A DNA stretch of 64,000 bases, taken from NCBI GenBank assembly GCA_013239625.1, contig MU054187.1, forward strand, positions 17,352,711 to 17,416,710, in the 5' to 3' direction. Under the pieces are notes generated by a model. The model worked only from the letters and a program-made list of their open reading frames with translations, did not search any database and was not told where the DNA came from. Each line of letters begins with the position of its first letter. The stretch's first letter is position 1. The stretch comes from Lama guanicoe. Taxonomy: Eukaryota. The position numbers and the translations under genes are program-made. Of this stretch, positions 39,315-51,890 are shown piece by piece.

Positions 39315-39870
39315 GAGGGTATTATGCTAAGTGAAATACATCAGACAGAGAAAAACTGTTTATGATCTCACTTAAAGGTGGAATCTGAAAAAAAAAAAAG
39401 GAAAAAATTCATAAAAAAAACAGAAAAGGGGTTGCCAGAGAAGGGGGGTGGGGNNNNNNNNNNNNNNNNNNNNNNNNNNNNNNNNNNNAAAAAAAAAAAG
39501 GAAAAACTTCATAAAGATATCAGATTAGTGGTTGCCTGAGACGGGGGCTGGAGTGTAGGAGAGATAGGTGAAGGTGGTCAAAGGACACAAACTTCCAGTT
39601 TTAAGGTAAATAAGTCCTTGGGGTGTAATGTACAGCATAATGCTTACAGTCAACAGTACTGTTTTGTATATTTAAAAATTGCTAAGAGAGTAAACCTTAA
39701 AAGTTCTCATCACAAGGAAATACAATATTGGAATTATGTGAGGTGACAGATGTTAACTAAACTTATTGTGGTAATCCTTTCAGGTTATATACACGCATCA
39801 AATCATTATGTTGTACACTTTAAGCTTATACAATGTTACACATCCCTCATATCTCAGTAAAATTAGGGGT
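39315..39870 (+). mobile_element. Older L1 3' end (L1MA9-like), interrupted by an assembly gap
   Basis: 'attatgctaagtgaaata...ggtcaaaggacacaaacttccagtt...tgctaagagagtaaaccttaaaagttctcatcacaag...tatctcagtaaaa'. Confidence 0.85.
39454..39488. other. Assembly gap (35 N)
   Basis: Run of N; the left flank is a degraded duplicate of the right flank. Confidence 1.
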
Positions 39871-39958
39871 GGATAGAGAAAACACAAAGACCATCATACC
39901 ATACCCATCGCCCCAAAATCAGTAACAGGATTAAAGAAGGAGTAAGACTTTTAACTCC

Positions 39959-40074
39959 AAGGAAGTGTGTAGCTCAAGTGGTAGAGTGCCTGCTTAGCAT
40001 GCATGAGGTCTGGAGTTCAATCCCTAGTACCTCTAAAATTAAATGGGCCTCATTACTCCTTCCCCAAAAAAGAA
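39959..40074 (+). mobile_element. tRNA-Ala-derived SINE (Vic-1-like)
   Basis: 'tagctcaagtggtagagtgcctgcttagcatgcatgaggtc...gttcaatccctagtacctc'; approximate TSD aagacttttaactcc / aagatttttcaatcc. Confidence 0.9.
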
Positions 40075-41569
40075 AAGATTTTTCAATCCCTCCATTCTCT
40101 TTTTGTATGTCTTTTATTCCTTTAGATTATATTCAGGAAACGTAAGAAAGCAAATGAGATCCACTTAACAGAGTTGTGTCTGAAACAGAATCCACTCTCC
40201 CATGAATGGATGTGAAATGTGCTTGAGACGAATGCAGATTCGCAGGTCCAAAAAAAGTCTTATGATCAGTTTTCTTTCAAACATAGTTACAGCTAATTTG
40301 AGTTTTACATTGTTAGAGATAGTAACGATTCTGCATTTGCACAAGCTGGAGTTAATTCCAGCATTTTAATTTTTAGAACAAATTTTAAAAATCCCTATTT
40401 TTAGTAAACTCATTTCAGAATACAAATAATTAGCAGTTGAAGTAAAGCAAAATATTTTAAACAAGCAATTCACTTAAATCAACTAGAGCAATGCAATGAC
40501 ACTTAAACAATAATAGAATTAGTATGCAAATATTGCTACAGAGGAGTCCTTGCAACTGCTCTAGGTAGGTTCCAGCACCGTAATTACTGAAATAGTGTAT
40601 CCCCGGGTCTTTGGAGCTTTCCTAAAGTGTAGACTTTCACACATGCGGGTTTACTCTCATTCTTACTGGTCCATATATTTGAGATCTTTCTGTATATAAA
40701 AGATAGATTTAGACGAAGTGGAGTCAAGAGGAAAACACACTATGAAAAACTCCTACTCCAATTTTTATTGCACGATATAAAATGGTAGAAATACAAAGGA
40801 GCAATTGTTCATAGATTTACTCGTAGTTCAGTAGGAATGGAGAACATGCGGCGAAAAGAAGTAAACATTTAATACATGGAAATGGAGCACTTGAAATGTT
40901 TCAAGGAGAATGTAGGATACAATGGCACATTTTGAGATGAAAAACAATCTCTGTGTGTACACCCATCTTTTGTCAAGTCCCACTCCTTTGCTCCCTGCTT
41001 CGTGATCCTCTGTGGGATGCCTTCTCCCACCATCATATATCTTACAGGGCTCCTCCACGCTTCTGTGATTCTCCCAGGAGCATCCTGACAGCCTGGAGTT
41101 GGCAAGCGGCAGGGAACTAAAGCCTGAACTGTCCCACGTGCAGCCACCTGGAAAAGGTGACAGCACTCACCTCCTTGCTCATGGAAGCAGGAAGCCAACA
41201 GCGAAATACTGTCTGGGTTTGCCTAAGCCTGTGGCTGCTTGTGTCAAGGAAACGGTATGACTAAACCAAAAACAGTTGGGTTCATCACTGATTGTCCTAA
41301 CAATTTGCATATGCATAATAAAATATACTTAAAAACCAATACCTCTTGCTAAAGCGTCTTGCATAATAAAAAAAATTGCATAATCAAATCACTGCTTGAT
41401 AGTGCTTTACAGTTTTAAAAACATATTCACTTATTTTAAATGGGTCACTGTGATGAACCTACTTGAAGATGGAGCTCAGTTCAGTCCTCGGCAGTAAACT
41501 ACAGTGTACTTGAGAAGCGGGCATTCTCATCCTTGTAGCCTCACTTCTGATGAGATGTGCTACCTGCTT

Positions 41570-42900
41570 ACCCTGTGAGAGTCCTGTGCCACATGCAAGG
41601 AATTCAGGGGCAGATAAAACACAGCCCTTTCTCCCTTGAAGAGTTTACAGTCTGCCAGGGAAAAGAAGAGACATAAATCGCACTTTTTTTAACATTTTTT
41701 TATTGAGTTATAGTCATTTTACAATGTTGTGCTAAATTGCAGTGTAGAGCACAATTTTTTAGTTATACATGAACATACATATATTCATTGTCACATTTTT
41801 TTTCACTGTGAGCTACCACAAGATCTTGTATATATTTCCCTGTGCTATACAGTATAATCTTGTTTATCTAGTCTATATTTTGAAATGCTAGTCTATCCTT
41901 TCCCACCCTCCGCCCCCTTGGCAACCACAAGTTTGTATTCTATGTCTATGAGTCTATTTCTGTTTTGTATTTATGTTTTATTTTGTTTTTTTTTTAATTT
42001 CACATATGAGCGATCTCATATGGTATTTTTCTTTCTCTTTCTGGCTTACTTCACTTAGAATGACATTCTCCAGGAGTATCCATGTTGCTGTTGTCGGTTT
42101 TTATGGCTGAATAATATTCCATTGTATAAATATACCACTTCTTCTTTATCCAGTCATCTGTTGATGGACCTTTAGTCTGTTTCCATGTCTTGGCTATTGT
42201 AAATAGTGCTGCTATGAACATTGGGGTGCAGGTGTCATCCTGAAGTAGGGTTCCTTCTGGATATAAGCCCTGGATTGGGATTATTGGATCATATGGTAAG
42301 TCTATTCCTAGTCTTTTGAGGAATCTCCATACTGTTTTCCTCAGTGGCTGCACCAAACTGCATTCCCACCAGCAGTGGAGGAGGGTTCCCTTTTCTCCAC
42401 AGCCTCTCCAGCATTTGTCATTTGTGGATTTTTGAATGATGGCCATTCTGACTGATAGCACTTTAGAATACCATGTAATATAAAGCTTGCCAGGACAGAG
42501 AAGGAGCCCAGATACCATTAAAGGACAGATGCTACTTATCATGGAGCGTGTGTGTCTTCAGGAGATTGGCTTCCATGAGGAAGTGATGCTTGACATGAAT
42601 CTTAAAAGATGAGTAAGAAGTAATAGGTGAATGAGAAGGACTGGCAGGACAGGGAGATGGCAAATCTATTTAAAAAATGGTGCATTAGTGTGTGCGGTAA
42701 GACACCCAGGTCCCTACCACAAGAACACAAAAGCAATGGTAGGTTCAGGACGAAGTTGGAGAGAAGGCAGAGGTAAGATCTAGAAGGTCCTGTCACAGCT
42801 GGCAAGGACTTCAAGTTTGAATCAGTAGGAACAGATGACTTATCATTTTTAGACAGACTCTTTGTAATTTAAAAGATGGATTTTAGTGAGGTAAGACTCA
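41570..42900 (-). mobile_element. L2 fragment split by the L1 at 41687-42454
   Basis: 'cccttgaagagtttacagtct...agacataaat' continues after the L1 as 'ggcttccatgaggaagtgatgcttgacatgaatcttaaaagatgagtaag'. Confidence 0.65.
41687..42454 (-). mobile_element. Young 5'-truncated L1 (ORF2 C-terminus and 3' UTR)
   Basis: ORF 42051-42542 '[25 protein letters not shown]...TCTPMFIAALFTIAKTWKQ...WYIYTMEYYSAIK'; TSD atcgcacttt (41677-41686) / atagcacttt (42455-42464). Confidence 0.95.
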
Positions 42901-42937
42901 TCATCCTATACTAAAAGTTGGCATTAAAGGTACTACT

Positions 42938-43109
42938 GGGGGGAGGGACAGAGCTCAGTGGTAGAGTGTATGCCTAGCGTGCATGAGGCCCTGGGTTCGA
43001 TCTCCAGGACCTCCATTAAATGCATAAGTAAATAAGTCAAACTGATTACCTACCCCCCAAAATTAAAATAAATTAAAATAAATTAAAATAAATAATTTTT
43101 GTTAAAAAT
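42938..43109 (+). mobile_element. tRNA-Ala-derived SINE (Vic-1-like, long-tail type)
   Basis: A and B boxes; tail with 'attacctaccccccc' then AT-rich repeats; TSD aggtacta at 42928-42935 and 43110-43117. Confidence 0.92.
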
Positions 43110-45309
43110 AGGTACTATAGGGTATGAAAGAAGACACATCCTTGGTTCTTGAAAAGTTTATAGTTGATTGAAAAAAATAATTTTATATATTAGTCCAGGC
43201 AAATGCACCATCTAGTTAGATGAGCAGAAGTAGCAATATGTCTATTAAGTGCTATTCAACTCATCTGAAAAGCTTCAAGAAAGCTTCAGAGGGGAGTTCA
43301 GATATACAAGATTGCTGGGATTGTCACTGAAAAGAAGAGGAGAAAGGATAGTTCAGAGGGCGGAATGGAATATAAAAAGCATGGAGTGGAAAATAGAAAA
43401 TAGATTGTTGTGTTTGGAACAAGGAGAAAATCAGTAGAGCCGGAAAGATCAGCAGTGGCAGGCAGAAGCAAGCCCAGATCGGCTGTTGTAACGGGACCCG
43501 AATTTCTCACCACCAGGAACTGGAATGTTGGCCCGTCTGTGAGAAAGAGGTGGCTTTCTTCAGTATCGCACGAAAATATTGTTTATATTTTTAGCAATGA
43601 TCATTACACTCAGAATTAAATTCAAAGACAAAGAGAGAAAGATAAGGATACAGATGAAAAAGCAATGAACCATTTTTATTTTAGAGTGGACGTACATATA
43701 AACCGTGTCCTGTAGGACTTGACTGATTTTCGTGATCTCTAAGACAGTTCAGAATGCGTGGGGAATTGTGGGAAAGCAGCGTAGGCAAATGTTTGGCAAA
43801 GCTGTTTCTTCAGATTCTTTGCCTCCAAACTGAGGATCCCTCCCCCGCGAAGACACTGTTTACATGCAAAGCCGGAGGTCATAACAAAGGTCTCCTGCGT
43901 GCCCTGCAGTTACTCAAATTGTATATTCTTCTCACTCAGTGGCAATTCCACTGGCTGAACATAAGGACAGAAATGTGCCTGATGTTTTGACGGAAGGTTT
44001 TGAGCTTGGTTTCCCTTGAGGAATTCTCCTCCTATACGTCTTTTTTTCCCTGGCCTTTTACACATTATACCATAATGCTCATCAGAGAATTCATATCCAA
44101 TCTAAATACTGGCATTTGACTGTAAAGTTGTATATTTAAAGGATACTGTTTGGCTATTTATAACTTATAAATGCCAGTTTATTTCCTCTGGGAAGGGCCA
44201 CAGAGAATAAACCAGTAATTTTCTTTCACTGACATCAGGGGAAACTGCTTCCTGCTAGATCAATGCATAAAAATGCAGTTTTAATTCTGTCCTAGTACCT
44301 GAGCATTAACATCGGTATGTTTAGAAATGCATGTTAAAAACCTTCGACATTTTACAAATGAAAAGAAAAAACTGATTTCATTATGAGTCATATATACAAT
44401 ATTATGATTATTATGTCTAGTGATAATAACACCAGAGATGATCTAAGGACAAATGAATACATATTTTTTCTAATTTTTTTGTTCCTAAAGTCACTTGAGT
44501 GAATTAAAACCTGGTGGTCTCTGCAGGGCAGTACATTATTCTCTATGCATACAAATAATTATGAAAGAACAAGTCAATTGTAGGAATTTATTATGTATAC
44601 TATTCTACCTTGCATCTAGCATGCAGTGAAGCATTAGAAGGCAACTTATGGAGAAAGGAATATTTTAAATTATGGACTTATAAATACTTTGCAAACCATT
44701 TCTTTTGAGACATTGATTGTCTGATCAGAGCAACGTTATATAAATTCTGATCATTTTATATTTTTTCCATCTGTACGTCTTTCAAGTTCAAGTCTGGATA
44801 GCTTGAGTTTGTTGCCTGTCTCCCGTTAAATTGCCTGAACCCTATCTCAAAGGCTGAACCGTGCTTATGTTTCATAACACCCAAGGGGAAATTTATTTCC
44901 TGCAGGGACTCAGTTAAAAAGATGCCTTTTCCACATAAAGATCTTTAATATTTCTGAAATCACATTTTCCCTGAATGTTAAAAATCTGCTTTCCATTAAA
45001 CTCTAATGGTAAAGGTTTTTTTGCACGGGCCCCTGTGATCCAAGGGCTGCCTCAGCAGGGTTACTGCACAGTCTCTCGGAGTGAAGCCGAGGCACAGCTC
45101 AGGAGGCCAGATCACCAAGCCCCACTCCGTGGAAGCAGTAGCTGGTGTGATGCTCAGAGAGGAATCAGATCAGACCACCAGCACAGGACCTCTCAAGGGG
45201 CCTCAGCACTCCTTAGCTAATTGTTTGTATTTAAGTCCACATCCCCAAAGACAACAAATTAAACATTAAAATATTTAGTTGTGAAAGGTGAAGAAAAGAA
45301 AGCCAGTGC

Positions 45310-45565
45310 ATGAGGGACCTACAGTAGTCAAATTTGTAGAGACAGAAAGAAGGGCAGCAGCTTCCAGAGGTTGGAATCTGGAAGGAAGAATGGAGAATTA
45401 TTGTTTACCTGGTACAGGATGGGATGCTGAAAACAATTCTGGAGATGGATAAGCGGTGACTGTTGGACAACTATGTGACTGTACTTAATGGCCCTGCACT
45501 GTATACTTAAAAACACTTACAATGGTACGTTTTATGCTGTATCTTACCACAATACAAAGAAAAAG
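45310..45565 (+). mobile_element. Old L1 3' end (L1MB-like)
   Basis: 'gtagtcaaatttgtagagacagaaag...ttctggagatggat...gtacttaatg...tgtatacttaaaaa...ttaccacaat'. Confidence 0.8.
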
Positions 45566-45671
45566 TCACTGTTTAAAAAAAAAAGAAGAAAGCAAAGAAG
45601 AGGTAGCCATAATGATCACACTCAACAACTGCTGAATCTGCATCTCATCCAAATCGAAAAATGTTATTCCT

Positions 45672-45833
45672 GGGAGAGGGTATGGTTCAAGTGGTAGAGA
45701 GTATGCTTAGCATGCATGAGGTCCTGGATTCAGACTCCATTAAAAGTAAATAAATAAATAAACCAACTTACTTCCCCCTCTAAACAATCAATCAATCAAT
45801 AAACGGACTCTCAAGCCCGTTAGAAAAAAAAAA
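45672..45833 (+). mobile_element. tRNA-Ala-derived SINE (Vic-1-like) with an extended unique tail
   Basis: SINE head 'gggtatggttcaagtggtagagagtatgcttagcatgcatgaggtcctgg'; TSD gaaaaatgttatt (45656-45668) / gaaaaatgtaatt (45834-45846). Confidence 0.9.
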
Positions 45834-46749
45834 GAAAAATGTAATTATTTTGTTTTTCATAATGGTTCAGGTTGTCTCCCCTACTGAGGTGAGAAAAATA
45901 ATCAATTTGCTAATACTTTCTCTAGTAGGTGTCTATATTTTCTGCTTTTTTTGAGAACCATTTACAAATCCCTACATTGTTTGCACAAACCTCAAGTGCC
46001 GTGATGCTTCAGGCCCTAGAGACACATGCTCCGTGTCTACCAAGTTTGCAATCTCAAGGGATCGTTGCTTGTTAAAGCTCAGGTGATGGCTGAGGGGCTT
46101 GCAGAACTAACCACCATGATGGTTCTCTCTGGCTGAGTGGTTGGCACCTTCATTTCCTATGGGACAGTTTCCTATGCTAAGAGCCCCAAGGTGTCAGGAT
46201 GTACAATCTCTAAAAGCTGGGTGACTGGGCTATGGATGTGAGGTGGAAAATGTGCCCCATGGTCCAACTGGGTAGACCCACTTTTCCTGAGTAATGCTAG
46301 CTGTCTACACCACAGATAGGGCCATTGAGAAAATCAGATACTATCTGAACTCATTCACATTCTGCTATGAAGTTTGTTATCAAACAATTATGATCAAAAT
46401 AGACAAATATTCAGTCTCATGAAAACTGTGTTTAAAGACACTTGCAAGTGTCTTCTTCTATTTATGGTCAAATATTAAAACCAGACCTTCTTAAAGGAGA
46501 CAATAACCTCAGTTCAAAGAAAATCAGCCATAATACAATCACACATATGTAAATGTTAAACATATACATAAATCAGAAAGTCACTTCATGTTTGACTGTG
46601 GAAGGGATGGATTACAATTCTTCTGTAATCTTTTCTTTGAAAAAATGATTATACAAAGAATAAATTCTCAAGTTCTAATTTTACTTCCTTTTCATCATCA
46701 AGAGAAAAGGTGATTAAATATTTAGGGCTCAGAGCTCCCAATGGAGTAG

Positions 46750-46870
46750 TTATTATCATGCCCATTATCAAATGAGGACCAAACACTAAGAAGGATTACA
46801 TAAAATTGCCCGAGGACAGCTAGACGGTGGCACAAACAGGATGCTAATCCGTATCTGACTTAAAACATAT
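46750..46870 (-). mobile_element. MIR fragment
   Basis: 'cccattatcaaatgaggacc...ttgcccgaggacagctag...ggatgctaatcc...tctgact'. Confidence 0.6.
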
Positions 46871-47068
46871 TCTCCTTTACTTCCTTAGGTTTTCTCCCAC
46901 TAAATGATTATTAAGATTGTATTATATGAAAGATACTGGGAAAAGCCTACCTGGGCTACAAATGAACATGAGCTCTTGACTTTCTGTGGATTACTGATAC
47001 AGCAAATGTACTGATACAGTGATACAATCTTTATATAAGTAGAAAAAGGACTGATCATTAAGACTAGA

Positions 47069-47439
47069 AAGAAAAATATCATATGATATCACTTATATGT
47101 GGAATCTAAAAAAAAAAAAGATAAACTTATTTACAAAACAGAAACAGACTCACAGACATAGAAAATAAATTTATGGTTACCAGAGCAGGGAAGGGGGTGG
47201 GAAGGGATAAATTGGGAGTTCAAGATTTGCAGATACTACTATATATAAAATAAAAAACAAGTTTATACTGTACAGCACAGGAAACTATATTCAATATCTT
47301 GTAGTAATTTATGGTGAAAAAGAATATGAAAACAAATATATGTATGTTTCTATATGACTGAAGTATTGTGCTGTACACCAGAAATTGACACAACATTGTA
47401 AACTGACTACTTCAATAAAAATATATTAAAAAAAAAAAA
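47069..47439 (+). mobile_element. L1 3' UTR, 5'-truncated, with poly-A and 9-bp TSD
   Basis: TSD aagactaga at 47060-47068 and 47440-47448; TT/AAGA endonuclease site. Confidence 0.95.
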
Positions 47440-49884
47440 AAGACTAGACCTTTCCAGCAAAAGCCTTCAACTGAAACTAAGAAAGGAGTAGGCAAAGAAC
47501 TCCTAGCTGGAGGCAGAGCATGTTCACTACTGAGGGGAATGAAGAGCTACTGCCTTCATTCCTCTGAATCATACAGACAATTAATGGGCATGAGGACTAA
47601 TTCATAAAGTAATTTGGTTGGAGTAAAAGGTTTATGGACAGATAAATAAGGGAGAATGTAGAATGATTTCGCTGTAAGAATATGGGCTTTGAACTTTATC
47701 CTCTAGAAAATGGGAGAGGTCACATAAGCTGGGCGATAAGACAGAGCGGATGTGTTGTCTAGGAGGGGGCGGAAGGGGAGAGACCGGTGAGAAGGAGACA
47801 GTAGCCCGGGTGTGAGATGATGAGAACCCGGGCTGGAAAGGACTACCAAATAATGGAAACCTATGTCAGGAAGAAGTATGGCAAATCTATCCCAACAAAA
47901 TGGATAAATCGCCATTCACAAATTTCTCTTACCAGTCAAGACAAAGACACAAGCATCTTTATGAATGCAAATTATTTAGATTTTAAGAAATGCATCTTAA
48001 AGAAATTTCATTATCCGATGAATATTTACCATTCAATTAATTCTCTGTCCCTATCTTTTTGCATAGACACTAACTCCTATCCAATCTGCTGACAAACCAT
48101 GCTGCAAAAGGGCATCAGACTTTTCAATTAATTTAATAAAGCATTTGCTCTTTGCATTTTTAAGAAAAAAAATTAGCAAAACCCTAGCCCTAGAAGGTAA
48201 TCTTTTACCTCATCGCTGGATGAAATTAAAAGGTGAAAATTTAATGAACATCTGTTGGCTTTCTCCACCTCCTTTTCACTTTGGAAAAGAACAGTAAGAC
48301 AAGTCCAGAATTGTGATGAGGTCGTCCATTCCGTTGACTGAGTATAATTTCATCCTGAAGCGAGTGTTTTGTTTTTAATCCTGGCCTCCTACTATAGTCA
48401 ACATAGGGCCTGTTGGTTACCTGCCAGGAGTCAAGCCTGACGCCACAGTGCAAGTGCATGATTGCACCTTGGCCTCTCCCAGGGCACCTAGGGTAAACTA
48501 ACACCCGAAAGTCATCCCAGCTTGCCCTTCAAAATCACTTGCAGCCATTCGTAATTTAATCTCCGCAGCAATACTTTTGTGACACAGGTCAGGCTCTCTT
48601 TGTAGACAACCAGGTGGCTGAGTCAAGGACACAAAAGTCAGAGTTTCAGGGCTTCCTCCAGCTGATCAGTTTTCATCCCTCTGTTTATTAGACCAAAGCA
48701 GTAAGACTTAGCCCAGCTATGTATTCAAAAACGCATCATCATAAAAGATAGATGTCTTGGCTGCCATAAAATTTTTAAAACCAAAATAATAAATAAAAAG
48801 ATATTTCATACAGCTGGAGAGTTTGAGTTTATAGAAAAGTATTTGTTAACACAATAACGATCTTAGCATTAAGAGCTTGGATTTCTTAAAAGCTCCTGAG
48901 AGCTGAGAATACTCACCAATATGCGGGGACAGATGGCATATAAACGGGCCTGACTTCCTACTTTGTCTGTCTTCTGTTTTAAATGTTAATCCACAAAGGA
49001 AGGCAAGTGAAGTGATTTCTATGGGAAAAGTATAAAAGCTGAGTTTATGAGTATAAAAAATGAAAACTAGTCTTAAGTACCAGCCCTGAAATAAAGGGAA
49101 ATGGATTGCTGTCAAAAGGCAAGAGATTATTAGGAGAAAAGGCTGGATTTTTTTCCACTTTTGATATAAAAAGGGAAACTGCTCATCCTCATCTGTCAAC
49201 CCCCGGACTCGCCCCTCCCCAAATATGTCAATTCTGAGTTTCAATATTAAATGTCCTGCCATGCAGAAGAGATAATGAGATCTCCTTGTCTATTTATCTA
49301 TCTACACATAAGCAGTTGAATTCAAAATATACTATCATTTGATACATTCATTTTTTAAAATGCCAACGTCATTTTATATAGAAAGAGACACAAAAAATAA
49401 GGGAATTAATTAAAAGAAGGGTCAGAAATCATATGACACAGTAATAGTGACACAAAGGACCCCTGGGAGCCTTTATGTTTCTCTAAGAAGCCTGGAGCTT
49501 GGTTATTTAGGATAAATACTTGTCTCTGCTCTCTTGTGCACATTCACGAAGCAACAGACTAGGCAGCAATACACCAACTATCAAATTTTTCTTTACTGTT
49601 TAATAACAGAATAGCTTTTGAACAGCCACTGAACTTTTCTGTGCTCAGTTTAGTCATGGGGAGCATCAATGTATTGTACTATAAACTTGTAGGTGTCTTC
49701 TACCTTTAAGAGCAAGGAAGAAGACGTCAAAAGTAAAAAGATAATTTTATCTTCTTGAGGTGAACTCGGGAATTTTTTCATAGCGAACCAATATATTTTT
49801 AAGAACAAAGGCTAAATTTCAATAGCAAATGCATTATCTAACCTTATATGCATTAGTAAATATCTCTGACAAGAAATACAGGAA

Positions 49885-49912
49885 TGTGTGTGTGTGTGTG
49901 TGTGTGCGTGTG
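49885..49912. repeat. (TG)n microsatellite
   Basis: Direct reading. Confidence 0.95.
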
Positions 49913-50297
49913 CATCTGTGGTATTTGTCCACACCTACATACACCTGTGAGTACAAACTAGTAAGACAACATAGTGAATACTATAGGAGTAAAAAAATCT
50001 ATACCTTTTCATATAAATATTAAATATCTTAATTCTATGGGGTGTTTGGTTGGTCTCATAAAATGTATGAGACGTAAATCATGGAAGTCATCAAAATGCA
50101 ACAGTTCTAATTTGAAGGCGGTTAAAGTCATACCTGCAAAAAGTGGCCTGGTCATATGCTATAATAGATGGATTAAGTAAAGACACGTGGGCTAATAGGC
50201 TAAGTCTATAACCATCCTCATTGAGAATAACCTCTATTTAAAGTTGATTGTCCGTGACTTGATATATGTTACATTTTAAAAAAAAGGAAGATGTAAA

Positions 50298-50413
50298 GGG
50301 AGAGGGTATAGCTCAGTGGTTGAGCACATGCTTGGCACGCACAAGGTCATGGGTTTGATCCCCAGTACCTCTGTTAAAATAATAATAATAATAATAAAAT
50401 TTTAAAAATTTAG
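50298..50413 (+). mobile_element. tRNA-Ala-derived SINE (Vic-1-like, short-tail type)
   Basis: 'gggtatagctcagtggttgagcacatgcttggcacgcacaaggtcatgggtttgatccccagtacctc' plus (aat)n; TSD aaaggaagatgt / aaagtaagatgt. Confidence 0.92.
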
Positions 50414-50609
50414 AAAGTAAGATGTGGATATGCCTATCACATTGTCTATTTTGAGTTTTACTGGATTACAGAATCTCGGGTGTTGTCGGGGCCTGGCTGG
50501 CAGAATCACAGTAATTTCAGAATGACTTAGGTTTGAAATCCCAGAAATTTTATGAAGTCAGAAGTGAGACCTGCATGAGCCCTCTTGACCACAAACGCAT
50601 TCAAGATAA

Positions 50610-50842
50610 TATATTGCAATATTTAAGGGAGAAGGTCCTAACCCAGCTTGCCTGAGCTTCAATGGCAACTCTGACACTTCCTAACCAAGTGCCTTGGACA
50701 AGTTATTTAATGTCTCTGTACCTTGGTGTCCTTCCTCACTATTGAAAAAGAGATGACTGTAGTCTTTACCTCCTAGGGTTAGACTCTGCCATGTGCTTAG
50801 GGAAGCAGGGTCCCTAGCACAGTGTAAGCACGTGAAAAATGT
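50610..50842 (+). mobile_element. MIR SINE
   Basis: 'ccttggacaagttatttaatgtctctgtacct...tacctcctagggtt...cctagcacagtgtaagcac'. Confidence 0.7.
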
Positions 50843-51024
50843 CGGAGGTCTATTTTCCCATTGACTGTCCCTCAGCAGCCTCCGGACAGTCCTGAGGGCA
50901 CACAGTGTAGGTTCTTTTTGTTTTCATTTACGGCCACTACTTTCTACCTCTTTAGTCTAGTTTTTTTGTGATAAGTTGAGACTTGAGAAGATTTCCAGAC
51001 TTTTATTTTTCATTTGTGATGAAG

Positions 51025-51890
51025 GAATTAACTCATTCGACAAAGTTTATTGGATAAATACCATGTGCCTGACCCCATTATGGAGACTGTGGACACAGGA
51101 GCGCCGTGTCAGTCGGAGATACATGCTGTGAAGAAACATCACACAGAGCTAGGGAGTGTCAGTTTTCCAATGAGTTAACATTTGAGAAGAGACCTACAGA
51201 AAGAGAGTGGATAATCCAGGGAGATAGTTGAACCCTGAGGCTTTAAAAGAAAAATAACAGTAAGTGCGAACAGCCTGCGGCAGGATTGGGCTTAGGGTGT
51301 AGGGCACCACGGCATCCAGCCTCTCTGGAGGGAAGTAAGAGAAGAGAAATGCTTGTGCGGTTCAGGAGATGGGATCATGTAAGCCTTGGTAAGAAACGCG
51401 GCTTCACTTTCAGTGCAAAGTAAAAGCACTGAAGAGCTGGAGTAGAGAAGTGTCATCAAACACGATTTTCACAGAGTGCTTTTGACTGTCGCAAACAGAT
51501 TGAAAGAGGTCAAAAGCCAACACAATTAGAAGGCTGTTGCAATAATCCTGGCAAGAAATGATAGTACCTTGGATGAGGCGAGCAATGATGAAGATGGAAA
51601 AAGAATTTATATTTGGAGTACACAGCCTTTGGGAACAGAACCAATGGAGTTTGCCCACAGACTGGATATGGGTGTGAGAGAAACAGAGAGGTGATGGTCA
51701 ACTTCAGTATTTTTGGTATAAGTAGCTGGGAGGATGGAGTTGATTTTAATGAACTGGCGAATTTGTGGGACATAGGGTTTGGGGGATCAGGGAGAAGCAA
51801 GAATCTAGCTGTGAATTTGTTTAAATGTGAAATGACTAGTAGACATTTAGTGGTAGGATCAAGGCGGCAGTGAGGTACACTGTCAAGACT
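51025..51890 (-). mobile_element. L2 LINE 3' portion
   Basis: L2 3' end 'actcattcgacaaagtttattggataaataccatgtgcc'; ORF 51410-51658 'LIQGTIISCQDYCNSLL' resembles the L2/CR1 ORF2 motif 'LVQALIISRLDYCNSLL'. Confidence 0.85.
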
